Origin: a virus
Virus record (IMG/VR): IMGVR_UViG_3300029305_001256
DNA: 44,269 nucleotides
Strand: one strand, 5' to 3'
Shown: one piece after another, positions 24,636-31,591 of the stretch
Layout of the letters: each line of letters opens with the position of its first letter
Position numbering within the stretch: position 1 is the first letter of the stretch
The notes under the pieces: model-generated
What the model was told of the DNA's origin: nothing
The model's database searches: none
The model's input: only the letters and a program-made list of their open reading frames with translations
Program-made: the position numbers and the translations under genes

Positions 24636-24951
24636 ATGCGTTTCAATGAGAACATCCCCCCCCCGTATGAGTGAGGCCCACAAAAGGGCCGAGGCTGAAA
24701 GCGCCGCCTGTGATATGTTGCTTGAGCTTATGCTTGAGAGCGATATGCCGGAGGAGCGTAAGGTTGGCCTGCACATTATGAAAGCAGCAAGAAACCTGCA
24801 CGAGGCTATCAGCAATATTGTTGGTGAGTATGCGGATCCCACCAAAGAGGTACCGTATGAAACCGCCAAGCAGGTTGCTGAATACCTCGGCCTGGTACAC
24901 ACAGGCATTATGCAATTTATGGAAACCCAAAACAACCAATGTACTGAATGA
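24636..24951 (+). pseudogene. Early gene interrupted at a C9 tract (frameshifted, or phase-variable OFF state)
   Basis: AGGAGG at 24621..24626 is followed by ATG 24636, which gives MRFNENIPPPYE-stop. The long ORF (..RMSEAHKRAEAES..., ending 24951) is one base out of frame. C8 or C11 would join the two. Confidence 0.6.
24656..24664 (+). repeat. C9 homopolymer at the frame break of gene 24636..24951
   Basis: Read directly. It lies in codons 8-10 after the RBS-served ATG. Confidence 0.9.
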
Positions 24952-24977
24952 AATTTATATCAAAGGAGATCAAGAGT

Positions 24978-25718
24978 ATGTATCAAAACATTGCAACCAA
25001 AGTATTAACCGGTGAGGTACGCCTTTCCTATGTCAACCTCATCACACCCAGAGCCGCACAGCAGGGCGGTGAGCCTAAATACAGCGTAACGCTGCTTATT
25101 CCCAAGAGCGATAACGCCACCAAGATGGATATTGACAACTCCATCCGTGCGGCGTATGAGGAGGGTGTAAGCAAAAAGTGGGGCGGTGCACATCCCCAGC
25201 CCAAGGTTATTGTGCACGATGGCGATGGTTTACGCCCCTCCGGCTTGCCTTTCGGTGAGGAGTGCAAAGGCTGCTGGGTAATTACCGCATCCACCAAGAA
25301 CAAGCCCCAGGTGGTTGGCATTGATAATGTCAACTGTGAGCTTGCCCCCAACGATATTTACAGCGGTATGTATGCCCGTGTAACCCTTAACTTTTTTGCC
25401 TACGATACGGCAGGCAGCAAGGGCGTTGGCTGTGGCCTCGGTAATGTTATGAAAACCAGGGATGGTGAGCCCCTTTCCGGTGGTGCATCCGCTGCCAGCG
25501 ATTTTGCAGACTTTAACACAATGCCTGCGGCGGCTCCTGCATACGGCACCGCACCCGCTTATGGTGCCCAGCCCAATTATGCGGCACCCGCTGCACCTGC
25601 TTACCAGGCACCTGTTGCTCCCGCTTATCCCCAGGCGGCACCCCAGCAGTACGCACAGCCCGCAGCTCCCCAGCAGGGCGGCGTAAGGATCAACCCCATT
25701 ACCGGACAGCCGATGTAA
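24978..25718 (+). CDS. ssDNA-binding-type protein (DUF2815-like)
   Basis: AAAGGAG RBS 9 nt before ATG 24978. The N-terminus reads MYQNIATKVLTGEVRLSYVNL and the tail is Pro/Ala/Gln/Tyr-rich. ATG 24948 (ATGA overlap) is an alternative start. Confidence 0.65.
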   Translation: MYQNIATKVLTGEVRLSYVNLITPRAAQQGGEPKYSVTLLIPKSDNATKMDIDNSIRAAYEEGVSKKWGGAHPQPKVIVHDGDGLRPSGLPFGEECKGCWVITASTKNKPQVVGIDNVNCELAPNDIYSGMYARVTLNFFAYDTAGSKGVGCGLGNVMKTRDGEPLSGGASAASDFADFNTMPAAAPAYGTAPAYGAQPNYAAPAAPAYQAPVAPAYPQAAPQQYAQPAAPQQGGVRINPITGQPM

Positions 25719-25737
25719 ACAAAGGAGGTAAAGAGCT

Positions 25738-27720
25738 ATGCACCACTTGAGCATTGACCTTGAAACATACTCAAGCGTGCCGATTGGAAAAGCCGGCGCC
25801 CAAAAGTACATTGCAAGCCCCGACTTTGAGATCCTGCTCTTTGCCTATTCCTTGGATGGCTCACCGGTTGTATGCGTGGACTTTGCCCAGGGTGAAATGC
25901 TACCGCAGGAAATTGCAAACGCATTGACCTCCCCGGACTACATAAAGCACGCATACAATGCTCCCTTTGAGTGGGGCTGCCTTTCCAAATATGTGGGCAG
26001 GCAGCTCCCACCGGAGCAATGGCGTTGCACAATGTTCCACGGCCTTTACGCTGGCTATACGGCGGGCCTGGAGGCCACAGGGCGGGCGTTAGGCCTTGCA
26101 GAGGATAAACGCAAGCTCAATACAGGTAAAGCCCTTATACGCTATTTCTGCGTGCCCTGTGCCCCCTCAAAGGCAAACGGTATGCGTACACGAAACTACC
26201 CCCACCATAACCCGGAGCGTTGGCAGTTATTCAAAGAGTATTGCTGCCAGGATGTTGTTACGGAAATGGAAATTGAGAGGCGGCTTTCAGCAATACCCGT
26301 ACCGGACTTTGTGCAAAAGGAATGGGAAACGGATCTCATTATCAACAGCCGAGGCGTGGCGGTTGATATGGAAATGGTTGAGGGTGCCCTGGAGCTCGGT
26401 GCTACGGTCCGCAACAGCCTTATGACAGAGGCAATGCAAATATCCGGGCTGAATAACCCCAACAGCGTAAAGCAGCTTGCTGCTTGGCTTGAGGAGGAAA
26501 CCGGTGAGGAGGTTGCCGCCCTGCGTAAGGACACCGTGGCAAAGATGCTTGCCCGTGATGATAACAGCCCCCAGGTACAGCGTATGCTTGAGATCCGGCA
26601 GGAGCTTGGCAAGACCAGTACCAAAAAATATGATGCCATTGAGGTGGCTGTGTGCCCGGATGGGCGTGTGCGTGGGCTTTTGCAGTTTTACGGAGCCAAC
26701 CGCACCGGCAGATGGGCAGGCCGTTTGGTGCAGGTGCAAAACCTGCCCCGCACCTATACGGAGCCCCTGGAGCTTGCCCGTGAATTGGTAAAGGGCCGAA
26801 ACCTTAACGCCCTCAAGGCCATTTACGGCAGCATCCCGGACACATTAAGCCAACTTATACGCACAGCCTTTATAGCACCGCCTGGGCACATACTCATTGA
26901 TGCTGACTTTTCAGCCATTGAGGCCCGTGTTATATCGTGGCTTGCCGGTGAGGAGTGGCGCCTTGAGGTTTTCCGCACCCACGGCAAAATATATGAGGCA
27001 TCTGCATCCCAAATGTTTGGCGTGCCCCTTGAGCTTATCAAAAAGGGCAACCCCGAATATGCCCTCCGACAAAAGGGCAAGGTTGCAGAGCTTGCACTCG
27101 GCTACCAAGGCAGTACCGGTGCACTTATCAATATGGGTGCTCTTGATATGGGCATCCCGGAGGAGGATCTGCCGGATATTGTTACCCGTTGGCGTGATGC
27201 CAACCGGCGCATAAGGGATCTGTGGTACAAAATGGATGCCGCCGCCGTGCAGATTATCACCCAGGGTGGAGCCGTTGGCGTAAACAATGTGGTTATTGCC
27301 CGTGAGTTTAACTACGAGCAAGGCACCGATTGTATGACCATAACGCTACCCTCCGGGCGTAAGCTCTATTACATTGAGCCCCAAATTGGCCAAAACCAAT
27401 GGGGCAGCCCCTCAATATCGTATATGGGTATGGACCAGACCACAAAGAAATGGAAACGCATAGAAACCTACGGCGGCAAGCTTGTGGAGAACTGTGTGCA
27501 AGCCATTGCCCGTGATTGTCTGGCACAGGCCATTGAGCACCTTGAGGCTGCCGGCCTGCCTGTTATATTCCACATACACGATGAGGTTGTTATTGATTGC
27601 CCGCCCAATGCCGCCACCCTGGAGGATGTGGTTAAGATCATTGCACAGCCCATACCCTGGGCTCCGGATCTGCCGCTGGGTGCGGATGGCTGGGTTGGCC
27701 AATTCTTTAAGAAAGATTAA
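25738..27720 (+). CDS. Family-A DNA polymerase with 3'-5' exonuclease domain
   Basis: A 660-aa ORF. The exonuclease motif is LSIDLETYS. The polymerase motifs are DFSAIEARV, QKGKVAELALGYQG and HIHDEVV. Confidence 0.85.
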   Translation: MHHLSIDLETYSSVPIGKAGAQKYIASPDFEILLFAYSLDGSPVVCVDFAQGEMLPQEIANALTSPDYIKHAYNAPFEWGCLSKYVGRQLPPEQWRCTMFHGLYAGYTAGLEATGRALGLAEDKRKLNTGKALIRYFCVPCAPSKANGMRTRNYPHHNPERWQLFKEYCCQDVVTEMEIERRLSAIPVPDFVQKEWETDLIINSRGVAVDMEMVEGALELGATVRNSLMTEAMQISGLNNPNSVKQLAAWLEEETGEEVAALRKDTVAKMLARDDNSPQVQRMLEIRQELGKTSTKKYDAIEVAVCPDGRVRGLLQFYGANRTGRWAGRLVQVQNLPRTYTEPLELARELVKGRNLNALKAIYGSIPDTLSQLIRTAFIAPPGHILIDADFSAIEARVISWLAGEEWRLEVFRTHGKIYEASASQMFGVPLELIKKGNPEYALRQKGKVAELALGYQGSTGALINMGALDMGIPEEDLPDIVTRWRDANRRIRDLWYKMDAAAVQIITQGGAVGVNNVVIAREFNYEQGTDCMTITLPSGRKLYYIEPQIGQNQWGSPSISYMGMDQTTKKWKRIETYGGKLVENCVQAIARDCLAQAIEHLEAAGLPVIFHIHDEVVIDCPPNAATLEDVVKIIAQPIPWAPDLPLGADGWVGQFFKKD

Positions 27721-27733
27721 AGGAGGATCGGCA

Positions 27734-28527
27734 ATGCAGTATATGGGCGGCAAAAGCCGTATTGCCCGCAGCATTGCTAACATAATCAATGAGGTACCAA
27801 GGTGGAAAATCAAGAATAGCAACACCGTTGGCACAGATCCTCAACTCTGCGGGGGGGGGCTTGCTTTGTTAGTCTTTTCTGCGGTAGCTGCTCCGTTGAG
27901 AGCAAAGTAACCGGTTATGACCGCATCATCCTAAACGATAAGCACGAGTATTTGATCTCAATGTTAAAGGGTGTACAGCAAGGTTATGAATTGCCGGAAA
28001 CCATAACGGAGGATCAGTACCAATATATACGAGCCAACAAGGATGCAGATCCCGTGCTCACAGGCTTTGTGGGTTTTGGGTGCAGCTTTGGTGGCAAGTG
28101 GTTTGGCGGTTACGCCAGGAATAAGGGCGGCACCAATTACGCAGCCCAAAGCAAAAGATCATTGCTTAAAGATATGGCCACGCTCGGCGGTGCAGAGTTT
28201 ATTTGTGGCGATTATCGCAAAGTACCGATACCGCCCGGAGCCGTTGTGTATGCGGATCCACCGTATGCAGACACCACGGGCTATAACGGTGAGAAATTTG
28301 ACAGCAAAGAGTTTTGGCGGGCAATGCGGTTGCTTGCTGATACCGGGCACACCGTTTACATAAGTGAGCAGACCGCCCCGCCAGACTTTGTATGCGTGTG
28401 GGAAAAGCCCTTTACCCGCACCCTCGACAGAAACAAGGGCAACCAATTTAAGGTAACAGAAAAGCTGTTTACCTATGTATCACCGCTTTACCAAGGAGGC
28501 GTACAAATTGATACCCTTACCAAATAA
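27734..28527 (+). pseudogene. Dam-like (D12-class) N6-adenine DNA methyltransferase split by a G9 tract
   Basis: The N-terminus MQYMGGKSRIA... is in frame 2 up to the tract. The continuation ...ACFVSLFCGSCSVESKV...VVYADPPY... is in frame 1, and G10 would join them. Confidence 0.75.
27851..27859 (+). repeat. G9 homopolymer at the frame break of the Dam-like gene
   Basis: Read directly. The context is CTGC-G9-CTTGC. Confidence 0.9.
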
Positions 28528-29065
28528 AAAATACAGCGTTATATACGCAGATCCACCCTGGGCTTATCAGCAAGGTGGCAGAGGTGCCGCCAAGCATCAT
28601 TACGATACGATGAGCACCGAGGCATTATGCAATATGCCCGTGCGGGATATTTGCACCGATGATGCCGTGCTCTTTATGTGGGCCACTTTCCCGAATTTGC
28701 CGGAGGCATTAAAGGTGATGGAGGCCTGGGGCTTTACCTACAAAACGGCAGCGTTTGTGTGGGTGAAACAAAACAAAAAGGCACCCACCTTGTTTATGGG
28801 TGGCGGCTCCTACACCAGGGCAAATGCGGAGGTTTGCCTGCTCGGTGTAAGCAAGAATACCAAGGCAAAAAGGTTTGTGGCATCACACAGCGTGCGGCAG
28901 ATCATTATAACACCGGTACGCCAGCACTCCCAAAAGCCCGCAGAGGCACGGGATCGCATCCGTGAACTCACGGGGGGGGATCACTCGTACATAGAGCTTT
29001 TTGCCCGAAATACCACACCCGGCTGGGATGTGTGGGGAAACGAGGTAAACAAATATGAAAACTAA
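28508..29065 (+). CDS. MT-A70-family N6-adenine DNA methyltransferase
   Basis: AAGGAGG lies 8 nt before the in-frame TTG 28508. The DPPW motif is present (YSVIYADPPWAYQ) and the family-typical C-terminus reads HSQKPAEARDRIREL. It contains an in-frame G8 tract. Confidence 0.8.
   Translation: MIPLPNKKYSVIYADPPWAYQQGGRGAAKHHYDTMSTEALCNMPVRDICTDDAVLFMWATFPNLPEALKVMEAWGFTYKTAAFVWVKQNKKAPTLFMGGGSYTRANAEVCLLGVSKNTKAKRFVASHSVRQIIITPVRQHSQKPAEARDRIRELTGGDHSYIELFARNTTPGWDVWGNEVNKYEN
28972..28979 (+). repeat. G8 homopolymer, in frame, inside the MT-A70 gene (encodes T-G-G-D)
   Basis: Read directly. The context is TCAC-G8-ATC. Confidence 0.9.
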
Positions 29066-29555
29066 AATATACATTGCCGGCAAGATTACCGGCGATCCGG
29101 AATATAAAGCAAAGTTTGATGCTGCGGCAGCAGAGTACAAAAAAAAGGGTTACACCGTGCTTAACCCCTCTTGGATGCCCCAGGGTATGCAGCCTGCCGA
29201 TTATATGCGTATTTGCTTTGCAATGATCGACACAGCGGATGTGGTTGCTTTTCTGCCTGGGTTTAGCAAGAGCCCCGGTGCAAGGCTGGAGGCAGAATAC
29301 TGTTTTTATACCGATAAAAGCACCATTATGCCGGATGGTGAAAGTTTGGAAACACCGAACTGCTCACAAAAAGAATTGACGGCATTAAAAGCGGTGTACT
29401 ACTTGGCCGAGAGAAACCCACGCCTGCGTATGGGTGGCACTTGGGTTGAGGATGTACACAATATGGAAACCTGCCAGCGGATCCCGTTTGTTGAGGCAAT
29501 GCGGCTTGTTGGTAATATGCTTTATTGCTCCGATGATGAGGAGGCAAGACCGTGA
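29055..29555 (+). CDS. DUF4406 / nucleoside-deoxyribosyltransferase-like protein
   Basis: The N-terminus MKTKIYIAGKITGDPEYKAKF... and the later ...VVAFLPGFSKSPGARLEAEY... are typical of that fold family. Confidence 0.6.
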   Translation: MKTKIYIAGKITGDPEYKAKFDAAAAEYKKKGYTVLNPSWMPQGMQPADYMRICFAMIDTADVVAFLPGFSKSPGARLEAEYCFYTDKSTIMPDGESLETPNCSQKELTALKAVYYLAERNPRLRMGGTWVEDVHNMETCQRIPFVEAMRLVGNMLYCSDDEEARP

Positions 29556-30153
29556 AACACTACGGCGATATAACAAAAATAAACGGAGCTGCTGTGGAGC
29601 CCGTCAATGTGATTATTGGCGGCAGCCCTTGCCAGGATCTTTCCGTTGCAGGTAAGCAAGCAGGCTTACAGGGTGAACGGTCCGGGCTCTTTATGGAGCA
29701 ACTGCGTGTGATAAAAGAAATGAGGAGGGCTGACAATGCCAGAGGTAGAACAGGAAAAGACACCCGCCCAAGGTATATGGTGTGGGAAAATGTGCCCGGA
29801 GCTTTCAGCTCCACAGGAGGAGCCGACTTTGCAGCCGTGCTCCAAGAAACCGCAAAAGTGGCCTGCGAACAAGCCCCCGCTGTTCCTATCCCTAAAAACG
29901 GATGGCCTCCAGCCGGATGCCTTACCGATGTGGGAGGACAATGGAGCATTGCGTGGAGAGTACTTGATGCACAGTTTTGGGGCGTGCCCCAAAGACGAAA
30001 ACGCATCGCACTTGTCGCAGATTTTGGAGGCCTCACCGCACCCGAAATACTCTTTGAGCGCCAAGGCGTGCCTGGGTATATTAAACCGTGCGGAACGGAG
30101 GGGCAAGGTGCTCCCGGAAATATTGAAACAAGCACTAATACAGCAAGCCCAAC

Positions 30154-30161
30154 GGGGGGGG
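30154..30161 (+). repeat. G8 homopolymer inside the C5-MTase locus
   Basis: The context is AAC-G8-CTTATTG. It is in frame for ORF 29552..30502, and it is also where the overlapping ORF 29736..30239 begins to run out. Confidence 0.9.
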
Positions 30162-30303
30162 CTTATTGCATACAAGGTAACTGCATCGACAGAGCAGACA
30201 CCGCAGGATGCAACGGCAAAGGATGGACCGAGGGAGTAAGCTACACCCTAAACACCATTGACCGCCCCGCTGTGCTCCCTTTTGTGCCAGCCCCTCAAGT
30301 AAC

Positions 30304-30310
30304 GGGGGGG
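30304..30310 (+). repeat. G7 homopolymer inside the C5-MTase locus
   Basis: The context is AAC-G7-CTTACATTG. Frame 1 is open from here into the next recognisable segment. Confidence 0.9.
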
Positions 30311-30618
30311 CTTACATTGACAGCTCACCCTTTCGATCCGGCACAGGTAACTGCCCCGTTACATCGCAACCCAATGACGAACACAGAGAAATGCCACACG
30401 CTGCACAGCCTGGATGCCCCGGCGATTGTATCATATTTGAGCCGGGATCCTGCACCCGTGTTGGCGGGCATATCTGGCAAGATGGAAAAACCCCGGCGTT
30501 AAGAGCCGATGCAGGCGATAACCGCCCCGCCATAGCCCTTGAGCACCACCCTAACGATAGCAGGGTGAAAATAGCCGAGGATGGAATTGTACAAACCCTC
30601 AATGCTCGTATGGGCACC

Positions 30619-30627
30619 GGGGGGGGG
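30619..30627 (+). repeat. G9 homopolymer inside the C5-MTase locus (encodes GGG of ARMGTGGGNVPLV)
   Basis: Read directly. It is in frame for ORF 30391..30666. Confidence 0.9.
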
Positions 30628-30826
30628 AATGTTCCACTCGTTATGTGCTCTACCAAAAGGCCATAGGCAGCCTATGTGCGAGGGATGCCAAAGGGATTGG
30701 CAACCAATATGTGCAGGAGGGCAAGTGCCTAATTATGGAGGTAACAAAATGATAATGTTTGAAAACTACCAATTTGCTAATTGGCGCCCCGGATGCGGAA
30801 CGCTAAAAGCAAGCGGTGGCGATTAC

Positions 30827-30835
30827 GGGGGGGGG
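30827..30835 (+). repeat. G9 homopolymer at a frame break of the C5-MTase locus
   Basis: ...TLKASGGDYGGG in frame 2 continues as SENLIVYEYWNGE... in frame 0. G8 would join them. Confidence 0.9.
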
Positions 30836-30908
30836 CTCGGAAAACTTGATTGTGTATGAATATTGGAACGGTGAGCCTGTGGTTGACACACTCACCGCAC
30901 GAAACGCT

Positions 30909-30917
30909 GGGGGGGGG
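30909..30917 (+). repeat. G9 homopolymer inside the C5-MTase locus (encodes GGG of ARNAGGGQRM)
   Basis: Read directly. It is in frame for ORF 30816..31352. Confidence 0.9.
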
Positions 30918-31344
30918 CAACGGATGCCGGATAAACAAAATTTTAACTGCGTTGTAGGAGCAGAGCAAAACCCTACTGAAACAAATTATATTGTACGCCG
31001 CCTTACACCGCTTGAATGTGAACGCCTGCAAGGTTTTCCGGATGGCTGGACCGATATAGGCGAATACACCGACAGCAAAGGTAAAGTACATAAAGAGTGT
31101 GCAGATAGTGCACGCTACAAGGCACTTGGCAACAGCATTGCCATACCGCCGTGGACTTATGTATTACAGCGGCTTTCTGTCTGCTGTGGTACGGAGGCAA
31201 CGATGGCCAGCTTATTTGATGGCATCGGCGGTTTTCCTCTTATCTGGGAACGCATTAACGGCAAAGGCTCTTGCCTTTGGGCAAGTGAAATTGAGGACTT
31301 TCCCATTGCCGTTACAAAATACCATTTTCCGGAGGAGGTACCCG

Positions 31345-31554
31345 ATGAGTAAAATACCTTACAGAAATAGTGAGGGCTACGCAGATCCCACGGCATACGC
31401 CGCCCTGGAGCCTATTGCCCAGGAGGAGGCAGCCCTTGAAAGCAAAGTAAACTTTTTAATAAAGGTGCTCAAATTCATTGCCAACGAGGCTGGGTTTGAT
31501 GTAACCAACCGCATTGAATTATGCGACAGAAAAACCGGCAGGGTTTTTAAGTAA
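31345..31554 (+). CDS. Small hypothetical protein upstream of the primase-helicase
   Basis: ATG 31345 overlaps the end of the MTase locus. The 69-aa product begins MSKIPYRNSEGYADPTAYAALEPI... Confidence 0.55.
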   Translation: MSKIPYRNSEGYADPTAYAALEPIAQEEAALESKVNFLIKVLKFIANEAGFDVTNRIELCDRKTGRVFK

Positions 31555-31555
31555 G

Positions 31556-31563
31556 CCCCCCCC
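31556..31563 (+). repeat. C8 homopolymer, intergenic
   Basis: The sequence reads TAA G CCCCCCCC GT GGGGTGGGC. The tract can pair with the following G-rich run. Confidence 0.9.
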
Positions 31564-31591
31564 GTGGGGTGGGCGGTAAGGAGTAACCGCT

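Larger units (their letters stand above)
29552..31352 (+). pseudogene. C5-cytosine DNA methyltransferase locus, circularly permuted in motif order and spread over several reading frames
   Basis: The motifs appear in this order: GDITKI (III), GSPCQDLS (IV), ENVPG (VI), GVPQRRKR (VIII), a long target-recognition region, RRLTPLECERLQGFPDGW (IX), GNSIAIP (X), SLFDGIGGF (I), ASEIEDFP (II). Recognisable sequence continues across frame changes near 30430, 30645 and 30750 and at the G9 tract 30827..30835. Confidence 0.7.

Noticed and set aside
27851-30917. The G tracts forming G-quadruplexes.
   Set aside because: Each tract is a single uninterrupted run separated from the next by hundreds of nucleotides. 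There is no G3+N1-7 four-run pattern, so intramolecular G4 formation is not supported.
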